Origin: Kiloniellaceae bacterium
GTDB lineage: Bacteria; Pseudomonadota; Alphaproteobacteria; Kiloniellales; J153
Direction of reading: 5' to 3'
DNA length: 46,813 nucleotides
Assembly: GCA_021776215.1 (NCBI GenBank)
Contig: JAJFGI010000361.1
Location: forward strand, 1-46,813
Notes under the pieces: model-generated
The model's database searches: none
Seen by the model: only the letters and a program-made list of their open reading frames with translations
What the model was told of the DNA's origin: nothing
Shown here: one piece after another, positions 18,003 through 27,056 of the stretch
Position numbering within the stretch: position 1 is the first letter of the stretch
How the letters are laid out: each line of letters opens with the position of its first letter
Program-made: the position numbers and the translations under genes

Positions 18003-18290
18003 GTGGCCGAGGGCGGTACGAAAGCGGGCAAGGCCCGTCGAAAGCGGCGCGACCTGTCGTGGTTCAGCGATCTTGCGATCACGACCGGCGTCGGGGCGAT
18101 CGTCTCCGCCATCGTGTCGTTCAAGGTCGCCGAGCACTTGGCTCGCCGCCAGAAGGAGGAGAACGACCGCTTGCGGAGCGACCGGGACAGCCTCGCACGC
18201 CTAATGAACCCAGCTCCAGGCCACGCAGGCGCTGGTGCCACCAAAGAGTCGCTCGCGCATGAGCTCGAGTTGATGTTCGAGGAGATGTGA
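18003..18290 (+). CDS. Small single-TM protein
   Basis: GTG start; basic N-terminus, TM LAITTGVGAIVSAIVSF, short coiled coil. Confidence 0.6.
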   Translation: MAEGGTKAGKARRKRRDLSWFSDLAITTGVGAIVSAIVSFKVAEHLARRQKEENDRLRSDRDSLARLMNPAPGHAGAGATKESLAHELELMFEEM

Positions 18291-18293
18291 TCG

Positions 18294-19679
18294 ATGGACA
18301 AGCTACTGCTACCAGCACTCGTTATCGGAGGGGGTCTGCTGATCGCCACCCGGGCGAAGGCGAAGCCGACCGAGAAAACGACGAGGCCGGAGCCCGAGCC
18401 GGTGCCGGAGGTGTCGCCGTTCGAGGCCGGGTCGCATTGCACTCTCCTGGCAGGGGAGGGGGTCGTGGCGCAGTGGTCGGAAGAACGGTTCCGTCCCGCG
18501 GCGTTGATTGTGATTGGAACGATGCCGCTGCCTCGCCCACCGGCGGAGCCTCCCGACGGTGCGGACGACGACGTGTACGAGAACTACGAGAGCGCGTACG
18601 CGAAGTACCAAGACCGAGTCCAAAAGACGCTTCTGAAGCTGACGGATCGCGCGTTGAAGAACTCGCTTTCGGACGCGTGCTACGACGCGAACACCGACGC
18701 GTACGCGGAGGTCTACAAGGCTGCCTGGCTTTCGATTCTCGTCGAGTTCGTGTCGCGAGGGCAGGTCGACGAGGAGATCTCGGACCTGCTGAACATCGCC
18801 ACGACGCCCGGCTTCGACCCGCGGGATCCGGCGACGTATCCCGAGGAGGAGCCGCTGGAGGGCGAAACTCCGGAGACGGGGCCGCCACCGCTTCCGCCAC
18901 CCCTTCCGCCGATTCCGCCCCCGGATCCAGTGCAGGCGTTCAACGCAGTGGCCTTCAATCCGCCACCGCCTCAGGAGCCTGAGCCTCCCGCTGAACCGCC
19001 GACCCCGGAGCTACCGCCGGCAGTCACATGGCCCCCGACGAACGCGGAGGCGCTCCACACGAGGGCCGAGCTGGATTACGTTCGGCTCGTCGACTTGGTC
19101 GAGGCGATCCCCGAAGTGATGGCGCCAAAGGTGCCCGTCTCGCGGATGGTGCTGTTCGCGTACGAGCCAAGCTGGGAGCACTCCGAAGAGATGCTGCAGT
19201 CGATGTACGAGATTGCTGAAGCCAACCCGGACGTCAGCTTCGTGCAGGTTTCGCTCGACGACGTACGCACGGCCTACGGCAAGCCGGCGCCGCACGAGTT
19301 CGTCAGGTTCTTCGTCACCGCGGTTTCCGACGATGGGTATGGCTGGCAGTCGCCAATCTCGGGTGTCGGGCACGCGATCCTGCCCATCCCGCTGCTGCTT
19401 TGGGACAACGTGGTGGAGTACGCCACCAAGCCGCACGTTGGGCAGGCGTTCGCGGCAGTTGCCGGCGTCGGGCGACGAGGCGCCCCGCGATCACAGGCTC
19501 AAGGTGCCGGCATGTCGGCAGCGTTTCGGCGGGTGCTCACGGCGGAGAGGATTCGGGCGATCAACACGATCGCCCGGGTCCGAGATTCGGGGGCCGGCCT
19601 TCGACGAGGATCTACGCCCGGGAGAGGCAAGGTGCGCCGTCGTCGACCTCGGCGGCGCCGTCGGGGGATGGCGGCATGA
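18294..19679 (+). CDS. TM-anchored Pro-rich protein with thioredoxin-like domain lacking CxxC
   Basis: N-terminal TM; poly-Pro linker; MVLFAYEPSWEHSEEMLQSMYEIAEANPDVSFVQVSLDD resembles the thioredoxin core; Arg-rich tail. Confidence 0.7.
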   Translation: MDKLLLPALVIGGGLLIATRAKAKPTEKTTRPEPEPVPEVSPFEAGSHCTLLAGEGVVAQWSEERFRPAALIVIGTMPLPRPPAEPPDGADDDVYENYESAYAKYQDRVQKTLLKLTDRALKNSLSDACYDANTDAYAEVYKAAWLSILVEFVSRGQVDEEISDLLNIATTPGFDPRDPATYPEEEPLEGETPETGPPPLPPPLPPIPPPDPVQAFNAVAFNPPPPQEPEPPAEPPTPELPPAVTWPPTNAEALHTRAELDYVRLVDLVEAIPEVMAPKVPVSRMVLFAYEPSWEHSEEMLQSMYEIAEANPDVSFVQVSLDDVRTAYGKPAPHEFVRFFVTAVSDDGYGWQSPISGVGHAILPIPLLLWDNVVEYATKPHVGQAFAAVAGVGRRGAPRSQAQGAGMSAAFRRVLTAERIRAINTIARVRDSGAGLRRGSTPGRGKVRRRRPRRRRRGMAA

Positions 19680-20230
19680 ACGATGGGCTGACGGCAACAC
19701 AGGCTCGGCGAAATCCGTGTCTGCCATGTCTGTTGCTCGGTAACCCCGGTGTGCTGCCGCTGCCGGTCGAGGCCGCGTATTTGGGCCGGATGCTTGAGCT
19801 CGAGCACGGCGTCCCCGATGGCCGGTTCCTGCGGCATGAATGGACGCCAGAAAAAGCGCCGATCTTGCTCTGGGAGGAGTCTGAGCGGGCGCTGTATGTG
19901 CTGCCCGGAGTATGGCCGAAGAAGGGGGCTAGTCCTGACGCTGCTGCACTGTCCGGACCCGCGGGCGCGGCGTACCTGCGGTGGACGGGCCGGGCCCCGA
20001 AGGGGGCGCTCCGTGCTCGGGGACCGAAGGTGCACGTTCGCCGAGCCGGGGCCGCACGCCACATCGTCTACCGCTCCAACAAGTGGGGGGTGACGGCAAC
20101 GGACTGGCAAAACTACGTCCACCCGTTTGGCGCAGGGGTCGAGGCGGAGCTTGCTCCGGGGACACCACCCGCAGCGTTTCGAGTGTCGGGCGGACGCCTC
20201 CGCCTTACGAAGCGAGGGCTCGAGGGATAG
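19676..20230 (+). CDS. Hypothetical virion-operon protein
   Basis: ATGA overlap; internally repeated pattern (LGRMLELE..RHEW / AGAARHIVY..YVHPF). Confidence 0.7.
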   Translation: MNDGLTATQARRNPCLPCLLLGNPGVLPLPVEAAYLGRMLELEHGVPDGRFLRHEWTPEKAPILLWEESERALYVLPGVWPKKGASPDAAALSGPAGAAYLRWTGRAPKGALRARGPKVHVRRAGAARHIVYRSNKWGVTATDWQNYVHPFGAGVEAELAPGTPPAAFRVSGGRLRLTKRGLEG

Positions 20231-20306
20231 CGCGGTGGCGGACGGCTACACGATGACGATCGTCAATCCGGCAGATCCGCCGGATCGAGACACAGGAGGA
20301 AAGACG

Positions 20307-21470
20307 ATGGCGAATAAGAAGGCAACGAAGCGCAAGGCGTCGAAGAAAACCTCGGCGAGCACCCGAACACGGTCGAAGAAGCGGCCCGCGAAGAAGGCTT
20401 CGAGCCGTGCTTCCAAGAAGAAAGCGACAAAGAAGCGGGTCTCAAAGAAGGCCCCAAAGAAGAGGTCTGCCAAGAAGACGACGAAGAAACGGGCTTCGAA
20501 GAAGTCAGCGAAGAAGAAGGTCGCAAAGAAAACGACGAAGGCGAGGGTCGCGAAGAAAACGACGAAGAAGCGAACCGCGAAGAAGGTGGCGCGAAAGGGC
20601 CGTAAGCCGCGTTCGCCAACGCGCGCGAAGGCAGCCGGACGCGGCAGAAAGACGAAAGCTGGCACGAAGTCGTTGGTGTCGAAGCGCCGAACCGGCTTCC
20701 GATCGCCCGAGGTGGAGAAACTCTATGATCACTTCACCAAGAAGACGGTCCGGGAAGAAGCGCTGCGCTGCCAGGACGTCAAACACTGCGTCAGCTACAT
20801 CGACGAGCTCTTTGACGCGCTGGACAACGTCTTCGCGGCCTGGTTTTCGGTCCGCGACCAGGCCGAGGTCTACGCAGGAGAGATCAGCGACCTGGTGGAG
20901 GCCGTCGATAGCACCGAGGCGGAGCTGAAGGGCCACCGGAAGCAGCTCGCTGCGGCAAAGAAGCGAGACGCCATCGGGGCGGCCGACCTCAAAACGCTCA
21001 AGTCCATGCTGGAGGGGCAGTCGAAGTTGCTGCGACAGATCGTGGCCGATGTTCGGGGCGTAGCGAAGGCCAAGCGGATCCCGGTGGCGCGCAAGAAGGC
21101 CAAGACCGCCACCAAGCAGATGCCACTTCGGGGGCTGTTCTCTCCGAGTGGTCCGGGGTCGGGCGCCGGTTGCAGTCTGGCAGCATCGCGCTGGGGCTAC
21201 AGCGGCAGTCAAGACTGCGCGCCGTACGGCTATCGGGCAGGGGAGGCCGGTCGACGCCTCGCCAACTTGAGGCATCACGGCGTCGCGTTCAATCCCTCCG
21301 AGTACTTCGAAATGGGTCGCGAGTTTGAGCGCAGCAAGAAGCCGAAGCCGAAGCCGGTGAAGCGGCGCGCGCCGAAGCGCAACCCGTCACCCCAACCCAC
21401 AACGAAAGCAGCACCGGCGAAGGACGAACGGCGTAGCCGCGCCTCGCTCTTCCGACGGCTGGGGATCTAA
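20307..21470 (+). CDS. Histone H1-like Lys/Arg-rich protein with coiled coil
   Basis: ~130 aa of AKKTTKKR-type repeats; AGGAGG RBS before MANKK (alternative start 20235). Confidence 0.8.
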   Translation: MANKKATKRKASKKTSASTRTRSKKRPAKKASSRASKKKATKKRVSKKAPKKRSAKKTTKKRASKKSAKKKVAKKTTKARVAKKTTKKRTAKKVARKGRKPRSPTRAKAAGRGRKTKAGTKSLVSKRRTGFRSPEVEKLYDHFTKKTVREEALRCQDVKHCVSYIDELFDALDNVFAAWFSVRDQAEVYAGEISDLVEAVDSTEAELKGHRKQLAAAKKRDAIGAADLKTLKSMLEGQSKLLRQIVADVRGVAKAKRIPVARKKAKTATKQMPLRGLFSPSGPGSGAGCSLAASRWGYSGSQDCAPYGYRAGEAGRRLANLRHHGVAFNPSEYFEMGREFERSKKPKPKPVKRRAPKRNPSPQPTTKAAPAKDERRSRASLFRRLGI

Positions 21471-21476
21471 AGGACG

Positions 21477-21893
21477 ATGAAAACGCACACACACAGACTT
21501 GCGGCAAGGTTGGGTTTGAGCGGGCGTCGCCGGGGCTCCGCGCCGCAGCGTCGTCGGGCGCGGAGTGCTGCCTCCCCCAGGGGTGCTCAGATCGTGACCG
21601 CTCGCGTCGGCCCCCGCGGACACAAACGGGCGACGGTGATTCGCCCGGCACAATCCGTCGCGGGACATCCCGCTGGGTACTTTGAGCATCCCCCACGGTT
21701 CTTCGAGCGAGCGATTCGAGCCCGGGGAGGAAGCGTGGGTGAGAATCCGGGAGCGCGCCGCGTCGTTGCGTCTCGGCCCGCGGTCTACCGCCGGGTGTTT
21801 GTTGTCGCCGCGCCGGGTGGCGCCCGGCGACGCGGCGCGACTGGCCCGATACGGGGACGGCGTTCCTCCGCCGTCCGCCGGAGACGGCGATGA
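21477..21893 (+). CDS. Arg-rich protamine-like protein
   Basis: Fills operon gap exactly, AAGGA RBS; highly basic. Confidence 0.55.
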   Translation: MKTHTHRLAARLGLSGRRRGSAPQRRRARSAASPRGAQIVTARVGPRGHKRATVIRPAQSVAGHPAGYFEHPPRFFERAIRARGGSVGENPGARRVVASRPAVYRRVFVVAAPGGARRRGATGPIRGRRSSAVRRRRR

Positions 21894-21899
21894 GTTGCG

Positions 21900-22580
21900 A
21901 TGGAGCCTGCGACCCTCATTGCGCTGGCCGTCGTCGTTGGGGTCGCCGCGCGGAAAAAGGGACGCAGCAGCCGCTCTTCCGCGTCGGGCCAAGCGAGTTA
22001 CGACCTACCGCGGCCGCTGCTGGTCGACGGCGTTCCCTTCGCGGAAGGGGTAGGGAGGCCGTTCTGGCCGCTTGTCACCCGCCGGAAGCCGGTCGTCTCC
22101 TACCGCGATGTGGACAACAAAGTGCACGGCGGTTGGGGGCGCCGCTTCGTGGCCTCTCGCACGTCCGACGATGGCACGCGTCGCAATCACGTCGGCGTCG
22201 ACCTGTTCGCGGATGTTGGCGATGTCGTCGTAGCCACCGAGAGCGGGTGGATCGAAGCGACGCGGAAGTTCTTCCACGGCACGCATGCGATCTACTTCTG
22301 CACCGACACGGGACTGACCATCAACTACGGCGAGGTCGAGCCGCGGTCTCACCGCGAGTTCGGCTGGGCCGTGGGCGACCGCGTTGCTGCCGGCGAGCCG
22401 ATCGGCCGAGTGGGGCTGATGAGCGGTGGCTCTCACATGCTGCATATCGAAACCTACCGGAGCTGCCGCGACCGGAACCTGCGCTGGTACGCCGGAACCG
22501 ACGCCCCATTAGAGGTTCTCAACCCCACCGACTACCTGCTTCGCGCCTCGCAGCGAATGCCCACGGCGCCCGCCCCATAG
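21900..22580 (+). CDS. M23 family metallopeptidase with N-terminal TM
   Basis: RNHVGVDL (HxxxD), VAAGEPIGRVG, MLHIE (HxH-equivalent). Confidence 0.88.
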   Translation: MEPATLIALAVVVGVAARKKGRSSRSSASGQASYDLPRPLLVDGVPFAEGVGRPFWPLVTRRKPVVSYRDVDNKVHGGWGRRFVASRTSDDGTRRNHVGVDLFADVGDVVVATESGWIEATRKFFHGTHAIYFCTDTGLTINYGEVEPRSHREFGWAVGDRVAAGEPIGRVGLMSGGSHMLHIETYRSCRDRNLRWYAGTDAPLEVLNPTDYLLRASQRMPTAPAP

Positions 22581-22599
22581 CCAACAAAGGACTCTCAAG

Positions 22600-22980
22600 A
22601 TGAGCGACCCAGAAAACAGCAACGCAAATCCTGGACTCCCCGCCGCACCGACAGAGCCGGAGGGAATGGTTGGTGCCCGACCGAGGCAACCGGTACGGCG
22701 GTCGATCTTCGCCTCGCCCGCACGGCCGCCGTTTCGAGGCGCCTCGCAACGATCGGTTCGGCCCCGTCCGGCGCGACGCGGTGGGGTTGTGGGCGCGAGG
22801 GTGCCTCCGCCGGTTCGCGTCATCACGCGAGAGGAGATCGCGACACGATCGGCGAGCTACCAATCTCCGCCAGCAACGCGACGTGCCGGGGCTCCCGCGA
22901 AGAAGCGTCGCAAAAAGTCCGCGATGGGATCCGCCCGGCGCCCGAAGAGCGGCATGGGGACCGGGAGACGCAAGAAGTGA
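22600..22980 (+). CDS. Arg/Lys-rich small protein
   Basis: AAAGGA RBS; GTGA overlap with next gene. Confidence 0.55.
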   Translation: MSDPENSNANPGLPAAPTEPEGMVGARPRQPVRRSIFASPARPPFRGASQRSVRPRPARRGGVVGARVPPPVRVITREEIATRSASYQSPPATRRAGAPAKKRRKKSAMGSARRPKSGMGTGRRKK

Positions 22981-23276
22981 AGCCGGGCCCCGGCCGCCGC
23001 GAGCTACGCCAGGTGCGGGTGAGAGACATCGTCGGTCAGGTGATGCCGCTCTTCCAAGCAGGTGCGCGGACGCGTCCGGGGCTTCCCATGGGAGTGCACG
23101 TGGACGAATGTCAGATCTGGTTGCAGCACTTGCCGGGCCCCGGTCCAGAGTGGCGGTGGCACGCGGAGCGCGACGCACTGGTGATCCGCAAGGGCGTCGG
23201 CGGGAGTCTGGCGCAGGCGTTGACGCGTGCCTTCCGGTACGTCTGCGTGACCCGCCGGGAAGGAGCGATGCCCTGA
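22977..23276 (+). CDS. Hypothetical protein
   Basis: In-operon overlap; globular-looking composition. Confidence 0.6.
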   Translation: MKPGPGRRELRQVRVRDIVGQVMPLFQAGARTRPGLPMGVHVDECQIWLQHLPGPGPEWRWHAERDALVIRKGVGGSLAQALTRAFRYVCVTRREGAMP

Positions 23277-23316
23277 TGTTCTCATTCGCCGCGAATCGAG
23301 CGGGGGAGGGCTTGTA

Positions 23317-25062
23317 GTGCCGATCTGGACGCTCAACGAGCTTGATGACTCCGGCGGAGTCTTCAAGGGGCGCGCCGGAGATCCGTTTGAGTGGTCGTCG
23401 AAACTCCCGGAGGAAAACGTCTTCGGCAGGTTCGCAACCGACCCTGCGTTCCGCGACGACCTGCTCGGGTCCGTGCCGCACTTGGCCGAGGGCGGCTGGA
23501 CGTCGCCCAATCTCGTCGGCCGCCTCGCGATGTACAACGTCGCCTCCGCGCTTCGTATCAATATCGGCCGGATCGCAACCACGCTGGGGTTCCTGTCGAC
23601 GCAGATTCCCGCGGTGCGGTCGACGTACTACGAGCCGCTCGAGGCGGTGGCGCGCGCAGTGGACCTCGCCAAGAAGGTGGTGAACTCCAAGCAGTTCCAA
23701 AATGCCTTGAACGCGCTGGGCTTCATTCCGATCGTGGGGTGGATCATCAAGATCCTCGCGCGCGTCGCTGAGACCGTCATTCGGATTGTCGACGCGGTTC
23801 GGGACAAGCGCGAGGCGAAGGCTCGTCGCGCACTGGCGAAGGTGGCCTCGATCCCCCTCGCGCAGTACATGCAAGGGGCCGACGAGGTTCTGACGAAGGC
23901 GATGATGCTCCGGATCGCGGACTTCGACGCCCAGTGGGTCGTCGAGCCTCGCTACCCGGCGGCTTCGGGGAGCGACTTCGTTGCATTGCAAGAGGAGGTC
24001 GACCCTGGTGACGACCTGTGGGCAGGATGGCTGGTCTACACCGAGCGGAACGCGGTGGGGCTCGACCCGCAGAGCGCCGGTGCCGGGCTCGGGTACGTCC
24101 CCGGTACGCGAAATCTCCATGCGTCGATCGAGCTTCGGACCGGCTACGGCGGTAGCGTCCGCGATCTCGGCGAGTTCTACCCGACCGTGCGAATGGCGGC
24201 GGTTCAGTTCTGGGAGATGCTGGTCAACGACGGGCCCGCGATGTTCGGGGTGGACACGGAGCGGGCCAAGGCAAAGTGGGAGGACTACGCCGCATCCGCG
24301 CACGAGTTCGGATCGGAGATCTTGGGCGGCTGGTCGATGTCGCGAACGGCTTTGGAGATGGGGGCCACCCAGCACCTCTGCGTGCCGGAGATCTACGGGA
24401 TCGGCGACTGCAAGGGCTCCAAGCGCGGCAAGCTTGTCGGCATCCCCGGGAACGGGCATCGCTCGGCGTGGCTCTCGTACATGCGCGAGCTGTTCGATCC
24501 GCGAGAGGTCCACAACGAAGGCCAGCCGTGGACCACCGACAACATCGATTGGTCCTCCATCGCGACGACTCGGGCGCTGGACAACCTCAAAGAGCGCCAG
24601 ATCTCAAAGCTCCAGTCGATCGAGTGCATGTACGTCGACGACGGGCTGGACGAACGGACGGGACTCCCTCGCTATCGCGCGATCGGGACGCAGTCATCGA
24701 AGGGGCCGCTATGGAATCGGTGGTACCAGAGCGTGAAGTCGGTCTTCGAGAGCGGCGACTGGAAGCGCGTCCGGTTTCGAGATGTCCCCGAGGGCCGACT
24801 TAAACAGGAGCTACGGGAGTGGTGCGCCGGGCAGTCCGTCGACTGCGATTCGCTGGGGACGGTCGGTGGCTTTCAGATTGCGGGGCCGAGCTCGCTCGGG
24901 GATCCCGTGCCGCCGGACCCGCCTGACCCCCGCGAGGTCTCGTTCGGGGATTTCGAAGTCGCACCGCCGAAGAAGAGAAAGCGAAAGTCGAGCCCGGCCG
25001 AAGCAGCCGCAGGCTTGGCGCTGCTGGGCGGAGGCGCGTGGGCGCTGAGCAAGGTGCTGTGA
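23317..25062 (+). CDS. Large protein with amphipathic helix and C-terminal TM (candidate DNA-entry protein)
   Basis: ALGFIPIVGWIIKILA hydrophobic hairpin; C-terminal KKRKRK + AAAGLALLGGGAWAL; GGGAGG RBS. Confidence 0.8.
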   Translation: MPIWTLNELDDSGGVFKGRAGDPFEWSSKLPEENVFGRFATDPAFRDDLLGSVPHLAEGGWTSPNLVGRLAMYNVASALRINIGRIATTLGFLSTQIPAVRSTYYEPLEAVARAVDLAKKVVNSKQFQNALNALGFIPIVGWIIKILARVAETVIRIVDAVRDKREAKARRALAKVASIPLAQYMQGADEVLTKAMMLRIADFDAQWVVEPRYPAASGSDFVALQEEVDPGDDLWAGWLVYTERNAVGLDPQSAGAGLGYVPGTRNLHASIELRTGYGGSVRDLGEFYPTVRMAAVQFWEMLVNDGPAMFGVDTERAKAKWEDYAASAHEFGSEILGGWSMSRTALEMGATQHLCVPEIYGIGDCKGSKRGKLVGIPGNGHRSAWLSYMRELFDPREVHNEGQPWTTDNIDWSSIATTRALDNLKERQISKLQSIECMYVDDGLDERTGLPRYRAIGTQSSKGPLWNRWYQSVKSVFESGDWKRVRFRDVPEGRLKQELREWCAGQSVDCDSLGTVGGFQIAGPSSLGDPVPPDPPDPREVSFGDFEVAPPKKRKRKSSPAEAAAGLALLGGGAWALSKVL

Positions 25063-25070
25063 GGGATGCT

Positions 25071-25445
25071 GTGAGCCGACCAAAGTACGAACGAGAGTTG
25101 ATCTTGGACACCGTGGAAGACGTCGCCACCGAGCTTGGCTACGACCGGCGAACGCTGGAGCGCGTGCGCGAGGAGGCCGGGCGTGTCGGCGACAAGCTCG
25201 ACCGGGTCAGTGACACCGACAAGCCCATCGTCCGCGACATCGCCCAGGCAGTCACGGCCTGCGTTTGCGACGTGCTGCACATTTTGGGCGAGGACATGAG
25301 CCCCGTGGCGGTCCGCGGCGTCGCGAGCTTCTTGGTCGGGTTGGTGAAGGTCAACCCCGACGCATGGGCGAAATATCTACGCGATCAAGCGCCGCAGTCC
25401 GTCGCGGACAAGCGGGCACAACTTCGTGACGAGGCAATCCACTAG
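25071..25445 (+). CDS. Hypothetical protein
   Basis: GTG start after GAGGG; helical. Confidence 0.7.
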   Translation: MSRPKYERELILDTVEDVATELGYDRRTLERVREEAGRVGDKLDRVSDTDKPIVRDIAQAVTACVCDVLHILGEDMSPVAVRGVASFLVGLVKVNPDAWAKYLRDQAPQSVADKRAQLRDEAIH

Positions 25446-25459
25446 AAAGGAAGACGACG

Positions 25460-25921
25460 ATGCAAAACAACGAAGGCCCACTACCGTTTCAGGTGGTCAA
25501 GGGCAGGACACCAGAAGAACTGACGACCGAACTCGCCGAAGCGGCTGCGTTTGGGTATGCGCCGATGCCCGGCGGCATGATCAATCGCAACGGCGAGGTC
25601 TGGGTGATCACCGTGCTCGAAGACGAGGCCGGCCACCACCAACACGTCGAGCACCGTTTCGAAGAAGAGGTGAGGGCGGTGGAGATGCGGGCGGAGCGGG
25701 AGATCGAGGAGGCCCGGCGCCGTGCAGAATCAGCACGGGGCAAGGCGGAGCGGGCTGCGCAACGGGGGCCTGCGCCGGTGTCGCCGATGCACGCGAGGCC
25801 CGTTCCGGGCCGTGTCCCCGACGCGCTTCCTGGCTCGGTACCGCAGCTGCAGCAGTTGCCGCCGCCGCCGAGACCGGACGAGAACGTTGTCCCCCCACCA
25901 ATGCCGGCGCCGCATGGGTGA
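25460..25921 (+). CDS. Hypothetical protein
   Basis: AAGGAAG RBS; coiled coil then Pro-rich tail. Confidence 0.7.
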   Translation: MQNNEGPLPFQVVKGRTPEELTTELAEAAAFGYAPMPGGMINRNGEVWVITVLEDEAGHHQHVEHRFEEEVRAVEMRAEREIEEARRRAESARGKAERAAQRGPAPVSPMHARPVPGRVPDALPGSVPQLQQLPPPPRPDENVVPPPMPAPHG

Positions 25922-26154
25922 TCCAAGCGATGAAACGAAGGTCGATCACGCGGGCGTGGATGTCGGGAAGCGGGAGCAGGCCCGTCGGCCGATCGCTGAA
26001 CGGATCCTGGGGGACGGTTTCGAGCAGATCTCGTCGGCCCAACTTGGTAGCATTTTGGTCCGTTCGCGGGAGCCTCGACGTGAGTTCAGAGCAGCAAGCA
26101 GCACATCGGGTTTCGTCGACGGGGCTCACCACGCGCGAAGGGCGGGGTTGAGCG

Positions 26155-26466
26155 ATGGCCTCCGACAGCCCCCTGGCGGCAGCGCTCCACTCGGTGCTCG
26201 ACGACATCGAGAGGACCGACCCACGGGTCGGCAGCGCGGCCCTCGTCGCAGCCGGTCTTTTAGAAGTCGGTGCGGCGATTCGAGACGCTGCGGTGACGCT
26301 GGCGAAGCCGCTGGCCGATATCGCCTTCGAGGCCACGGCGATTCGTCGCAAGGGCGTGGCGCAGTCGTTGGAGGTGGCGCGTGAGCGACGAACCAACGGG
26401 GCAGCCGCCGCTGCAAGTCCCGCAGCCACGACTGGGCCAGCCGCCACGCCCAGTCACGACGCCTGA
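26155..26466 (+). CDS. Hypothetical protein
   Basis: Protein-like Ala-rich helical ORF. Confidence 0.55.
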   Translation: MASDSPLAAALHSVLDDIERTDPRVGSAALVAAGLLEVGAAIRDAAVTLAKPLADIAFEATAIRRKGVAQSLEVARERRTNGAAAAASPAATTGPAATPSHDA

Positions 26467-26473
26467 TGATCGA

Positions 26474-26986
26474 ATGATGGAGGCCTTCGAGGCCTTCGAA
26501 GCGCAGGCTCGACTCGTCGAGGCGCTCGGCGATCTCGACGAGCGTGTTCGGTCGATGCTCTCCCGTCAGCGCGAGGTTGCATGGAGGGCGTCATGGCAAG
26601 CGTGCCGCTCGGTTGAGCAGCCGCGCCTCGGAGGTGAGGCTGTGCCGGGGCCGTCGGTCAGTCGGGTGGCCAACGCGATCGAGCCGAGGAGGGTGGGGGA
26701 CCTCCGGCAGGGCGAGGTCGGTTGGGTCAACCCGTTCATGGCGCTCATCGAGCACGCGGTGCGACCCCGCGGAGGTTCGCTGCGGGATGTCAGTGGGACG
26801 GGTCGGGTTTGGGTCGACCGCCGGGCGACCGTGCTCGACAGCGAGCAAGGCCAGCACAGCGTCGAGGTGGTACGCGAGCACGATCACTGTCTGGCACGCG
26901 GCCCGATCGATCGAACGCGACTGGCCGAGCGAGCCCCGGATGCAGACCCGAACTTCGTGCCGGTTGTTTGGCTCCCTGCTGTGTAA
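26474..26986 (+). CDS. Hypothetical protein, last gene of operon
   Basis: ATG after previous stop; ORF also open from 26381. Confidence 0.6.
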   Translation: MMEAFEAFEAQARLVEALGDLDERVRSMLSRQREVAWRASWQACRSVEQPRLGGEAVPGPSVSRVANAIEPRRVGDLRQGEVGWVNPFMALIEHAVRPRGGSLRDVSGTGRVWVDRRATVLDSEQGQHSVEVVREHDHCLARGPIDRTRLAERAPDADPNFVPVVWLPAV

Positions 26987-27056
26987 GTCGGTTGCGGCGA
27001 GAGACCGTTTCGCGGCTGGTGGCTTTGACCGTCTAGCCCCTACAATCCGTCTGCGG

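Larger units (their letters stand above)
1..26986. mobile_element. Putative provirus / phage-plasmid of a tailless, membrane-containing virus type (left end outside window, right end approximate)
   Basis: Rep-like HTH gene, ParA and RHH genes next to a dense co-oriented operon (8585-26986) of overlapping or abutting hypothetical genes with TM anchors, muralytic enzymes, a transglutaminase-like protein and basic proteins. No att site or integrase seen. Confidence 0.7.

Noticed and set aside
13704-24513. Long minus-strand ORFs (e.g. 13704-15293, 22519-24513)
   Set aside because: Antisense shadows of real high-GC + strand genes
27025-27046. TTGACC...TACAAT promoter before the YhcG-like gene
   Set aside because: 10-bp spacing is incompatible with sigma70 geometry
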